Shown here: positions 1 to 8,903 of the stretch, one piece after another
How the letters are laid out: every line of letters starts with the position of its first letter
Numbering within the stretch: position 1 is the first letter of the stretch
Source: Pseudomonadota bacterium
GTDB lineage: Bacteria > Pseudomonadota > Gammaproteobacteria > JAKAQQ01
Assembly: GCA_021798795.1 (NCBI GenBank)
Contig: JAJZBR010000002.1
Coordinates: forward strand, 1 to 59,858
DNA: 59,858 nucleotides
Direction: 5' to 3'
Translations under genes and position numbers: made by a program
Notes under the pieces: generated by a model
What the model saw: the letters and a program-made list of their open reading frames with translations, nothing else
Databases searched by the model: none
Told to the model about the DNA's origin: nothing

Positions 1-431
1 GGGTTCCCAACCCATAAACCTAAAAAACGCAGTTGACTTTGCCTCCCAGTCGGACAAAGCTAATCCCGACGCCGGTTTGCGGCGGTTCTCATAACCCCGG
101 AGGACCCCCCCATGGGTGAAGCAAAACGGAAGGTCGTGAAGGCTCTCAACCGGCCTGCCCCCGAGTTCTGACCGGGTCGGCATCCGCAATCTCTTTTTCG
201 GGACCTGCTCAACGTTCACGACCCGTTGCCCCCCGCGTGTTCGCAGAATCACCCTTGGGTGACCCCTTGCTTCGAAGGCTTCGGTCGCATCGTTACCTCT
301 ACAACCGCTCCAATGGCTACCGGCTTAAGCGACCCTCTGCCGGGTGGGTCTATCTCCCATTGAGAGAGCGCACGTTTTTGCGGCGCACGCAAACTCAGAC
401 TAAAACGGGGGAAGTCCAAATTCAAGCGCAC
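1..431 (-). other. ORF-poor, hairpin-dense segment. Best guess is the 5' domains of a group II intron (or another retroelement/IS-associated structured RNA), truncated by the window edge
   Basis: There is no credible ORF in 1-481. Three GTGCGC motifs lie on the minus strand (5' G at 431, 388, 373), resembling the GUGCG 5' boundary of bacterial group II introns. Many short stem-loops are present, e.g. CCTT-GCTTCG-AAGG at 265-278. An ATG at 15 (minus) runs off the window, as an intron-encoded ORF would. No domain V/VI is visible, so this is unproven. Confidence 0.3.
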
Positions 432-481
432 CCGCCACCGAGGTAGGGTTGGGAACGCTGTTCGGAGCAGATTCTGGGGGG

Positions 482-1132
482 CTATGGAGTCGATCGGGGG
501 GAGGGATCCCAACGTGAGGCTGGTTCGGTGCCAACCTTCTGCAAGCCGCGGGGCAAAATTTGATGCAGCACACCGGATTCGATATCAAAGTGGAATCCGC
601 GGATCATGAGCTGCGAATTCTGTGCGATCCAGGGAAAACTCGAAAGATTGGCGAGCGACACCCGGATACTCTCGTACTCGCAGAATTGCAGTGCTTTCGC
701 GGCATCGTGCGGATAGGTCAACCGGGCCTGGCGTTTGGCGGGTTCCGCGATTCGTACCCATGACTCCACAAAATCCGGTGCATCAGGAGGAGCACCGTTC
801 ATCAATGCGGCGATGCCGCCACAACCGGAGTGCCCGACAATCGCAACCTGCCTGACCTTGAGAACGCGAATGGCGAACTCGAGTGCAGCTGACGTTCCGT
901 GGTTGGCGGAATCCGGTGCATAGGGTGGCGCCAGATTGGCGATGTTGCGGATTACAAACATCTCTCCTGGGCGGCAATCGAAAATCAGCTCGGGAGCGAC
1001 TCGCGAATCACAGCAGGCGATCGCGAGGGTATGGGGTGTCTGTCCGGAGCGGGCCAGCGATTCAAATTCCTCCCGCCGGGTGGGCCATTGCTCCGTTTGA
1101 AAACGAAAGTAGCCGCATATGAGTTCATCCAT
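482..1132 (-). CDS. beta-class carbonic anhydrase
   Basis: 216 aa. Carries the beta-CA motifs CCDSRV and GHSGCGG, plus the conserved FVIRNIAN segment. Confidence 0.9.
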   Translation of the reverse strand: MDELICGYFRFQTEQWPTRREEFESLARSGQTPHTLAIACCDSRVAPELIFDCRPGEMFVIRNIANLAPPYAPDSANHGTSAALEFAIRVLKVRQVAIVGHSGCGGIAALMNGAPPDAPDFVESWVRIAEPAKRQARLTYPHDAAKALQFCEYESIRVSLANLSSFPWIAQNSQLMIRGFHFDIESGVLHQILPRGLQKVGTEPASRWDPSPRSTP

Positions 1133-1492
1133 CAGCGATCTCCAAGCGGAGCGATCAGGCGGCCCTTAAGAGGGGAAAGCAGTTGTCAGGAGATGAATCG
1201 AACGCAAAACTTTCCCCGCACGGATCGGATCGAAACCACATCATTGGGTTTATTACAACATATGGTAATGGATTTCTGGCAGGGAGACATGAGCCGCTGT
1301 CCGCACGTTTATGATCAGTCCATCACGCCGTGGCTGTCATGCCAGTTGCGCAAGGCACCTATTCTGTGGCATGGTGAAGCATCAGTGCCATGCCGCTCCA
1401 CGGCATTTCTCAATGGCGCGCCCACTGGCGTGTGTCGTAACTTTATTGTGGCCAGGTACGAAGCAGCTTCAGCTACTGGTCTGATCAGGCCG

Positions 1493-2479
1493 ATGATCCC
1501 TATGAAAATCACATTACTTTCGATCGCTGCCAGCTTCATGATGTGGGCTTCTCTATCCGTCGCAGCCGGTCTGCCGGTAGCCGTGACCACCATTCAATCC
1601 GCTCCTTGGCACAAGATCTTCCGTACGCTTGCACGGGTACGAAGCAACAACCAGATCACGCTGACGGCGCCGGTGGGCGGCCGGGTGCTCGGACCCTTCC
1701 AGCGGCCCGGTCTCGTGCATGCCGGTGCGACCCTGATGCGGATCGCTCCGGTCGGACTGCGCGCCCAGATTGCCGCGGCTCAGGCGCAGGAGCATTACGC
1801 GCAAACGAAGCTCCAACGCTACAGCCGGCTGCTCGCCCGTGGGCTTGTAGCGCGCGAGTTGGTTGACAACCTGAAACTGGCGCTCGCTCAGGCTCGGGGG
1901 CAACTGCGTTCACTCAAGGCCGAGGCTGCTGCCCAGATTCTCAAGGCACCCTTTTCGGGAACGCTTCGGTATCTCGTCGCTCCCGGTGCGATCGTTCCGA
2001 CCGCGCTTCCCATCATGACCCTGATGGGCCGAGGTCGAATCTGGATCGAAGCCCTGGTGCCTCCCGACCTCTCCAGGCAGATTCATGCAAATGGTCGTGT
2101 CTTCCTGACTACACGGCATTGGCGCGGAGCGGGAACCATCCGCAATATCGGCAATCGTGTGAGCCATTATGGGCTGGTTCGCGTTTACATCGATCTTCCT
2201 TTGGATGCACCCCTGCTGCCCGGTCAATGGCTCCACTGCAGGGTTCCAATCGATGCCGGACACGCGTTCCGCCTGCCGGTGAAAGCTATCGTCATGCACG
2301 GCGCTCGGAGTTTTGTGTACATCGTTGTGAAGGGGCATGCCCTGGCGGTGTCGATCCGGCTGCTTGCGAATCATCAAAGCGAAGCCTTCGTTCAGGGGGC
2401 GCTTCATGCGGGAGAAAAAGTGATCGTGACCGGCAATACACGCGTCAGTCCGGGGAGCGCGGTCGAGATCATTCACTGA
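1493..2479 (+). CDS. RND efflux periplasmic adaptor (membrane fusion protein, HlyD family)
   Basis: Signal/anchor MIPMKITLLSIAASFMMWASLSVAAG, a coiled-coil stretch (AQIAAAQAQEHYAQTKLQRY...) and a beta-barrel C-terminus. The stop overlaps the pump start (TGATG). The upstream part of ORF 899..2479 overlaps the CA gene and looks non-coding. The start could also be 1502. Confidence 0.8.
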   Translation: MIPMKITLLSIAASFMMWASLSVAAGLPVAVTTIQSAPWHKIFRTLARVRSNNQITLTAPVGGRVLGPFQRPGLVHAGATLMRIAPVGLRAQIAAAQAQEHYAQTKLQRYSRLLARGLVARELVDNLKLALAQARGQLRSLKAEAAAQILKAPFSGTLRYLVAPGAIVPTALPIMTLMGRGRIWIEALVPPDLSRQIHANGRVFLTTRHWRGAGTIRNIGNRVSHYGLVRVYIDLPLDAPLLPGQWLHCRVPIDAGHAFRLPVKAIVMHGARSFVYIVVKGHALAVSIRLLANHQSEAFVQGALHAGEKVIVTGNTRVSPGSAVEIIH

Positions 2480-5400
2480 TGCAACGTTATCTCGCATTCC
2501 TCTGGGCCAACCGGTTTACAGCCGTCCTGCTCCCGGCGTTGGTCTTTGCAGCGGGGTTTCTGGTCTATCACGCGCTGCCGAAAAGCATTTTCCCGGATGT
2601 TGCCTTCCCCAAGGTGGCCGTTCTGGTGCACACGGACAATCTGCCGGTCCGTTTCATGCTGCTCCAGGTGACGCGCCCGCTGGAGCAGGTGGCCAAGGGG
2701 GAACCCGGCGTTCGCCTCGTGCGCTCCCAGACCGGGAACGGCCTGACCAAGCTCCATGTCTACTTTGCAAGAGGGGTCAATCCCGAGATTGCCTATCTCA
2801 TGTTGCAGGCGCGACTTGCGGCTGTCCCCTTACCAACGGGTGCGATCATCAGCGAGCGGCTCATGATGCCCAACATCTATCCGTTGGCTGAATATGCCCT
2901 GGTATCCAATCGCGACGACAGTTCCGCCATGATGCCGACCTTTGCATTCGTGGTGCGGCCGGCTTTGCTGGGCCTGCCGGGTGTCTATGAGGTGAACGAC
3001 ACCGGCCGTGGCTGGCCCGAGGTAGATGTGAACCTCCGCCCCCGCCGCCTCGCGCAGTATCATCTCCGGGCATCGACCGTGACCCGCATCTTGAGGGCTG
3101 ACCAGGGCCCTTTCTTCTCGGGCGTTCTCAATATTTTTCACGAGCAGTTTCTTTTGGCAACCACGCCACGCCCGGCGACTCCGAAAAATCTGGCCGAACT
3201 GAACCTGCCGCTTGGGCGTCCCAGCGCGTCTGCCGCATCGACTCCCTCCGACGAACTTTCCGGTCCCGAGCCCCTGGTCTCTTCCACCGGAGCCGCCAGG
3301 TCGCGTCGTGCGCCGCTCGCGCTCGGGCAGATTGCCACGATCCATATCCGCCCGCCGCCCCTCGTGCGGGAGGCAGCGGTGGCTGGCTGGCGGCACGCGC
3401 TGATCATCGATGTTTCGGCGGATCGGGGAGTGAACGAGGTGGGTGTGGCCCGTGCGACGGCTGCCCGAATCGCACGTCTCAGATCCCATCTGCCAACCGG
3501 CATCCATCTCATTCCCATCTACAACCTGAGTCACCTCATCGAAACCAGCCTGCGGGACGTTTGGACAGCTCTTTTTCTCGGGAGTTTCATTGCCCTGCTC
3601 GTGGTGCTGATCTTTCTCGGCCGGTGGGATGCGGCATTGGCGACACTGACCGTGGTACCACTCTCGGTGGCCTGCACCCTTCTCGTTTTGCATGCTTTCG
3701 GGTTCGGGATCAATATCATGACCCTGGGTGGCATTACTGCCGCGATCGGCGCACTGGTCGATCACGCCATCGTCGTCATGGAACGTGGACTTCATGGGCC
3801 CCGCGAAGGCCACGCGTCCGAGCGCCGCCAGCACGCTTTGATGCGTGTGGGAGAGATTCTGCCCTTGATGACGATGGCGACGATCACCTCCTGCGTGATT
3901 TTCATACCGCTCATCTTCCTTTCGGGAACGATCGGCTTGTTGTTCCGCGATATGGCATTCGCCGTGATTCTGGCGCTCATTACCTCGCAGATCGTTGCGC
4001 TGGTTCTGACCCCTCTTTTCACCATCTGGATTGCCCAACGGCCCCGCCGGCGTCACCGGCTTCCGGGCGAACAGGCACTCCGACGGGGATATGGCATCCT
4101 CCTCATTGGGGGGATGCGGAAACCCTGGCTTGCCATCCCGGTCATCCTGATCCTGATCGGGGGCGCGTTACTCGCCATCGTCAATCTCCCGACGGCTTTT
4201 CTGCCGCATTGGGACGAGGGAATCTTTGTCGTGCCATTTCGGACACCCGTTGGCAATGGGGTTCGTGAGACGACCCGAGTGGGCCGCGATCTCATGGCTG
4301 CGGCGATGCGGAATCCCAACGTCCGGCGCACCTCCCTTGTGATTGGCAGGGGATTCGGGAATCGCTATGCGACACCGAACAAGGGGGGTCTCGTCATTGT
4401 GCTCAAGAATCATCATGTAGACAGTACCCGGAATGTTATGACACAGTTGCGACATGTGTTCCGGGCGACGGCGCCGGACCTGACGACGCTTGAGACCATG
4501 CAGGTCATGATCAATCGCCTGGGCAATTTATCGGGCTCTCATGCCCCCCTCGAGATCCTCCTTTTTGGATCCGATTCGGGCGTGCTCAGGGCGGATGGCC
4601 GACGCCTCTTCTCGGCGCTGCACCGGAGTCATGATTTTGAATCGCTCGTTTTCAAGTCTCCCTCAGCCGGTCCCGAACTCAGGGTCTCACCCAAAACCCT
4701 GGCTTCGCTTTATGGGCTGACCCCCTTGGCTATCGCCCATTCGCTGAAGACCGATTTCTGGGGGCGTCGGGCAGGTTTCCTCACCCAGGGTGAGCAGATT
4801 CTACCCATCCGTGTCAGGGTCATGCCCTTTTCACCGACTGGACCCGGAAACCTCGGACGCGTGCCGTTGCGTCTGCCGGGTGGAACCTATACGACCTTAA
4901 ATCGCGTGGCACACGTTCACCTGCAAGGGATCGTGCCCTATATTACGCACCAGAACCTTGTGCCGTATTCATTGATCAAACTCGATCCGAAGCCAGGCGA
5001 GGGCTTGAGTGTGGCCGCTGTCCGGGCGCAAAAAATCATTGCGTCGATGCACTTCCCATCCGGCATCAGCCCGGTCATCGGCGGGTATTACCGGCAACAG
5101 AAGAAAAGTTTCCAGCAAATGGCACTCATACTGAGCGGAGCACTCTCCCTGCTGCTCATTCTCCTGGGATTCCAGTTCAGCAGCTTTCGTGCTGCGGTTT
5201 CGGCACTTTTGGCCACGGCACTTGCGGGGACCGGGGCATTTTTGGCCTTGTGGGTGACCGGCATCAACCTGGACAGTACCGCTTTTCTCGGTGTTTTGCT
5301 GGTTTTTGCCATTGGTGTCAACAACGTCATTCTCATTTTTGCCCGTGCACACCAACTGGGTGGCGCGTCCCCTGCGGCCATTCACGTGGCCTGGGCCGCG

Positions 5401-5634
5401 CGCCAGCGCCTGCGGCCCATTCTCATGACCATGCTGGCTGATGTGCTCGGATTCCTGCCACTTGCAATTGGCATCGGGCATGGGACCGACCTGCTCAAAC
5501 CTCTCGCGGTTGCGGTCATGGGGGGGCTCACACTGAGTGCCTTGATGTCCCTTTGGCTTGCCCCTGTGATCTATGCACTCTTGCGGGGATCTTCACGGTC
5601 TGTCCCCTTCATCGCCCGGGCGGATCCGCACTGA
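2479..5634 (+). CDS. RND family efflux transporter, inner-membrane permease (AcrB/CzcA superfamily)
   Basis: 1051 aa from MQRYLAFLWANRF, with the typical 12-TM, two-large-loop layout. It is translationally coupled to the adaptor. No outer-membrane factor gene is adjacent. Confidence 0.88.
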   Translation: MQRYLAFLWANRFTAVLLPALVFAAGFLVYHALPKSIFPDVAFPKVAVLVHTDNLPVRFMLLQVTRPLEQVAKGEPGVRLVRSQTGNGLTKLHVYFARGVNPEIAYLMLQARLAAVPLPTGAIISERLMMPNIYPLAEYALVSNRDDSSAMMPTFAFVVRPALLGLPGVYEVNDTGRGWPEVDVNLRPRRLAQYHLRASTVTRILRADQGPFFSGVLNIFHEQFLLATTPRPATPKNLAELNLPLGRPSASAASTPSDELSGPEPLVSSTGAARSRRAPLALGQIATIHIRPPPLVREAAVAGWRHALIIDVSADRGVNEVGVARATAARIARLRSHLPTGIHLIPIYNLSHLIETSLRDVWTALFLGSFIALLVVLIFLGRWDAALATLTVVPLSVACTLLVLHAFGFGINIMTLGGITAAIGALVDHAIVVMERGLHGPREGHASERRQHALMRVGEILPLMTMATITSCVIFIPLIFLSGTIGLLFRDMAFAVILALITSQIVALVLTPLFTIWIAQRPRRRHRLPGEQALRRGYGILLIGGMRKPWLAIPVILILIGGALLAIVNLPTAFLPHWDEGIFVVPFRTPVGNGVRETTRVGRDLMAAAMRNPNVRRTSLVIGRGFGNRYATPNKGGLVIVLKNHHVDSTRNVMTQLRHVFRATAPDLTTLETMQVMINRLGNLSGSHAPLEILLFGSDSGVLRADGRRLFSALHRSHDFESLVFKSPSAGPELRVSPKTLASLYGLTPLAIAHSLKTDFWGRRAGFLTQGEQILPIRVRVMPFSPTGPGNLGRVPLRLPGGTYTTLNRVAHVHLQGIVPYITHQNLVPYSLIKLDPKPGEGLSVAAVRAQKIIASMHFPSGISPVIGGYYRQQKKSFQQMALILSGALSLLLILLGFQFSSFRAAVSALLATALAGTGAFLALWVTGINLDSTAFLGVLLVFAIGVNNVILIFARAHQLGGASPAAIHVAWAARQRLRPILMTMLADVLGFLPLAIGIGHGTDLLKPLAVAVMGGLTLSALMSLWLAPVIYALLRGSSRSVPFIARADPH

Positions 5635-5750
5635 AGGAATCCGGTCGGGTCCCGGTCACTTGGGTGACGAACGGAACCGGCTGACCAAAGTCCGGCGGGT
5701 ACCCCGCGAGCCTGCCCGGCCAGGCGGACGGAGGTTGCCGCACACCGGGT

Positions 5751-5921
5751 GACCCGGATCCATTCAGGAGCATTGATCTGAAGAAGGCCCACTTCGTCAT
5801 GACTGTCAAGGACAACCAGTCCACGCTGCGCGGCCAACGCTCTGACCGGAACCTTCTCTGGAAGCTGTCTCACAATCCCGCTCGACTCCCTATTCTGCGC
5901 CTCGTTTCGAGCTTAGTTTGA
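5751..5921 (+). pseudogene. DDE transposase internal fragment (IS4/ISAs1-like), a remnant
   Basis: The frame reads ...DPDPFRSIDLKKAHFVMTVKDNQSTLRGQ..., matching the conserved (A/G)HY(L/F)xxVKxNQPTL block of IS4-type transposases. No start, no N-terminal or C-terminal domains and no inverted repeats were recognised. Confidence 0.4.
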
Positions 5922-6152
5922 GGTTGCCTCTGTTTTTCGGATACCCCTGTAGCACCCGTACGGCCAGTTTTTGCTGAGCGAGCCAGGCAGCATAACCCCA
6001 GCCGGAACCTGAGCAGGCGGTCATGGCGGTTTGGCTTGGGCAACATAAGGAGGGCTGGATTCGCACCTGATAAATTATCCGGGGAAAACCGCTCTCACCC
6101 AGCCAGATTCACGCCAGTTTGGACAGCAGTGGTATGCCTATCATGTTACAAA

Positions 6153-6584
6153 CTACTCGCCCGCCTCCGCGGGGCGCCAGGGTTCGAGGCGGATTTCCGC
6201 GCGGACTTCCGCGCTGAGACTCGCGCTCACGGAGCAATATCTCTCGTGCGAAAGCTGGACGGCGCGCTGGAAGGCCGTCTCCGTCACATCCGGGCCGGAT
6301 CCGATATGCCGTACGGTGATTGTCTCAAAACGGCGCGGATGCTCAATCGCCCGGATTCCCTCCACCTCGATTCGATACCGTGCAAGCGGCGCGCGTTTCT
6401 TGCGCATGATGTCGACGACATCGATTCCGGTACAACCACCCAGGGCTGCCAAGAGAATCTCCATCGGTTTGAGGTTCTGCGCGGGATCACTTCCGTCGAG
6501 ATCGAGGGAGAGCCCTTGATCGTTGAAGGCGCGAAAACGACGTTCATCCAGGTATTCGACTCGAATGTGATGCAGGTCAGACAT
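6153..6584 (-). CDS. OsmC family peroxiredoxin-like protein
   Basis: 143 aa from MSDLHHIRV, with GAGGAG 6 nt upstream. OsmC signatures are present: LLAALGGCTGIDVV and ERYCSVS, the two conserved Cys. Confidence 0.85.
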   Translation of the reverse strand: MSDLHHIRVEYLDERRFRAFNDQGLSLDLDGSDPAQNLKPMEILLAALGGCTGIDVVDIMRKKRAPLARYRIEVEGIRAIEHPRRFETITVRHIGSGPDVTETAFQRAVQLSHERYCSVSASLSAEVRAEIRLEPWRPAEAGE

Positions 6585-6610
6585 GGCAGCCTCCTCGATG
6601 TTGCGTGGCG

Positions 6611-7054
6611 TTACGGAGGAGGCGGGCCGACAACTTCCGTCCAGCCTCCCGAACAACTCGTCACGAAGGGATAGAATCCGGGCGGGCTCAGGCAGTACCA
6701 ACGCGAGAGCGATGGGGTACCCGTGAGCGGAGTCGCAAAAAAATCAGGCGCTGGCGTGTCGGTCAAGGGGATCGGTCCCGAACCGTAGTACGGCGGATAG
6801 GGTTCAAATGGCGTGAGATAGAAGTACCAGCGGTGCTGGCTCCGCCACCACCATCCATAGCGTCCGTGATGCCAGCCTTTTTTCCATTGGCCGTGTATCC
6901 AGCCTCGGGGTACCCGGAGTCCGGGGCGAGTGGTTTTGAGTGGTGTGTGGAGGGCAACCGGGAGTGGATGCGCAACCGCTCCACACCCAATTCCCAAAAG
7001 CAGAGGCAAAACCCACACGTGCGGGCGGAGATGCCCTCGGAGGGCAGTCATCAT
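6611..7054 (-). CDS. hypothetical secreted Trp/Pro-rich protein with a C-terminal WYCxxPxGFYPFVxxCxGGW motif
   Basis: Signal-like N-terminus MMTALRGHLRPHVWVLPLLLGIGCGAVA. W/H/Y-rich centre (GWHHGRYGWWWRSQHRWYFY). The C-terminal two-Cys motif is common in small proteobacterial periplasmic proteins. Lies 27 nt upstream of OsmC on the same strand. The start is uncertain (7054 vs 7135). Confidence 0.55.
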   Translation of the reverse strand: MMTALRGHLRPHVWVLPLLLGIGCGAVAHPLPVALHTPLKTTRPGLRVPRGWIHGQWKKGWHHGRYGWWWRSQHRWYFYLTPFEPYPPYYGSGPIPLTDTPAPDFFATPLTGTPSLSRWYCLSPPGFYPFVTSCSGGWTEVVGPPPP

Positions 7055-7253
7055 TCGTCGTGGACGCGTTGGCCCGTACCGTGCCTTCAAAGCCCGCAGG
7101 AGCATCATCTTTGCCTCCCGCTTGGGTTTAACCAAGCTTTGATGATTCTACCGCGAATGATCCCGAACGGGCCGAGTTTCGCTTGTCGCTCGCAAGAGTA
7201 ATGAGAAGGCGCGGGATTCGGTCGGAATCGTGGCACCGGTTGGGCGGGAGGGT

Positions 7254-8903
7254 TCACGGGGTCGGCGCATATCCCCAGTAGCGAACCCACGACTCGAGGA
7301 CGGGGAGAATGGGCGCGAGTTCGGTTTGATAGTTGCGCCAGCGGCCGATGCTGTCGGTATAAAGCGGGCGGGCGACCTGATCGTAGCTCGGGGTTCCGAT
7401 CCGCACGCCCCGGATGGAGCGATGGGGTTCCGCCATTTCGGGAGCAAAGCGTACTCCCAGAAAATCCGCAAGATTCCTGAGAGAGGACTCGGGATGTTCG
7501 AGCAGGTGCTCGTAGGGCTGGATCCGTATCCTCGATTCGGGCAGGATTTGCTCACGGGCCAGTCTGAGCAGGGTCATGACCCGATCGTAATACCGCGCGG
7601 TACCGGCGAGCGACCAGAACTGGCGCATGGCCGGATTGGGGGCGAATACCTGTAGAAAGCAGCTGATGCAGACATCGCGCGGATCCCGTACGGCAACCAC
7701 GAAGCGGGCCTCGGGAAGAAGCAGGTGGAGCCAGAGCGCGTAGATGCTGTTCAGGGGGAGTTTATCCACGACCTGAGCGTCTGGGCCACTCATGCGCGAT
7801 CGGACCTGCCGGATGGCGGAGGCGAGCGGGGTCTGGACGAGTGGATGGGAGAGGGGGTCATGGGCCCCCTGGTCCAGAAGTTCGACCAGGGCGCCGAGAG
7901 AGGCCGCGAAGGGGTTGTCTTCTTCCAACACTGTAATATCCGGGTGGGCTGCAAGCATCCGGTCGAGCAAGGTGGTGCCCGAACGCGGGAATCCGACCAG
8001 AAAAACCAGATGGTGTCCTCTTTCGGCGGGAGCATGGATAGGATGGGAGCCGGTTAGACGCATCTTGGGGGCATGCTGAATCAGGCGTTCGACTGTTGCG
8101 ATGCCATAGGGGCCGTTTTGCGTGCGGCCCGCATCGAGATGTGCCAGGTGGAGATGGCCCACCGCTGCTGCCCGGAAGGCATCCGGGTAACGGCCGAGAC
8201 CATCCAGCGCCCGGACCTGGCGCCCGGCGATGACCGCCGCGTTGATGGGTGAGGGGTGCTCGCGGGCGAGAGCATCCAATCCGGCGAGCGCCTGCTCGAA
8301 CCGTTCCTGACGCAGATCGAGCTGAGCCTCGACCAGGCGGGCCAGGACATGGCTGGGATCCCGGGCACGCACCCGGGCGATCCAGTGACGGGCCTCCTCC
8401 GGCTGGTTGCTTTCCTCGAGGAGGGCCGCAAGGTGGGCTGCCGCTTCGAGGTGGTTTGGAGCCTGTTTGAGACAAGCGGCGTAGGCGGCCTGGGCCGCCT
8501 GGATGTCGCCGAGTTCTTCGAGTGCACGTGCGTGGTTGAAGCGGCCATCGATATGATCGGGCATCCGTACCAAAAGCCGGTCATAGCAGTCCCGGGCCTC
8601 CCGCCAGCGACCCCCATCCGAGAGGGCGACACCCAGGGCAAAAAGAATCGTGGTTGAACCCGGGTTGAGGCCGAGTGCCTGATCGAGGGCATCCGCCGCC
8701 TCGTCGGGCTTTTGGTGTTTAAGGAGTGCGAGACCGAGCAGTTCCAGGGCGGGTGCCGAAGGGCCCGTGTCCGCAAGGAGTGCGCGGACCCGAAGGAGCG
8801 TTTCCTCGACGTGACCCGCCTCGTAGCACCCGGCGGCTTCGAGGAGACGTTTTTCAGTCTCGGGACTGAGCTTTTCCGGAAAGGGCATCCGCGCTCCAGT
8901 CAA
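7254..8903 (-). CDS. TPR-repeat protein fused to a sulfotransferase domain
   Basis: The N-terminal ~260 aa are Ala/Leu-rich TPR-like repeats. The C-terminal half has the PAPS-binding 5'-PSB-like motif [13 protein letters not shown] and RDPRDVCIS. The start (8903 or 8888) overlaps the tdh 3' end. Confidence 0.8.
   Translation of the reverse strand: MTGARMPFPEKLSPETEKRLLEAAGCYEAGHVEETLLRVRALLADTGPSAPALELLGLALLKHQKPDEAADALDQALGLNPGSTTILFALGVALSDGGRWREARDCYDRLLVRMPDHIDGRFNHARALEELGDIQAAQAAYAACLKQAPNHLEAAAHLAALLEESNQPEEARHWIARVRARDPSHVLARLVEAQLDLRQERFEQALAGLDALAREHPSPINAAVIAGRQVRALDGLGRYPDAFRAAAVGHLHLAHLDAGRTQNGPYGIATVERLIQHAPKMRLTGSHPIHAPAERGHHLVFLVGFPRSGTTLLDRMLAAHPDITVLEEDNPFAASLGALVELLDQGAHDPLSHPLVQTPLASAIRQVRSRMSGPDAQVVDKLPLNSIYALWLHLLLPEARFVVAVRDPRDVCISCFLQVFAPNPAMRQFWSLAGTARYYDRVMTLLRLAREQILPESRIRIQPYEHLLEHPESSLRNLADFLGVRFAPEMAEPHRSIRGVRIGTPSYDQVARPLYTDSIGRWRNYQTELAPILPVLESWVRYWGYAPTP

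Noticed and set aside
1-481. RNase P RNA or tmRNA at the left edge.
   Set aside because: Fragments such as CCGGCTTAAGCGACC and GGGGGAAGTCC superficially recall RNase P P4 or 3' sequences. The universal GAGGAAAGTCC and ACAGAACCCGGCTTA blocks, and the tmRNA 5' GGGGCTGATTCTGGATTCGAC and tag-ORF features, are absent on both strands.
899-1492. N-terminal 198 codons of ORF 899..2479, which would make a 526-aa adaptor protein.
   Set aside because: This part overlaps the carbonic anhydrase gene on the opposite strand and has no coding-like composition. The signal/anchor sequence and normal MFP length begin at 1493.
2830-4056. Long ORFs antisense to, or out of frame within, recognised genes: 2830..4056(-), 9997..11103(+), 16158..17456(-), 18307..19356(-), 20253..21293(-), 23004..24320(-), 26483..27400(-), 28230..29075(-), 49799..50671(-), 55303..56295(+).
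   Set aside because: All lie inside confidently identified genes on the other strand or frame. They have Arg/Pro/Gly-rich low-complexity translations typical of GC-rich shadow ORFs, and none shows a recognisable motif.
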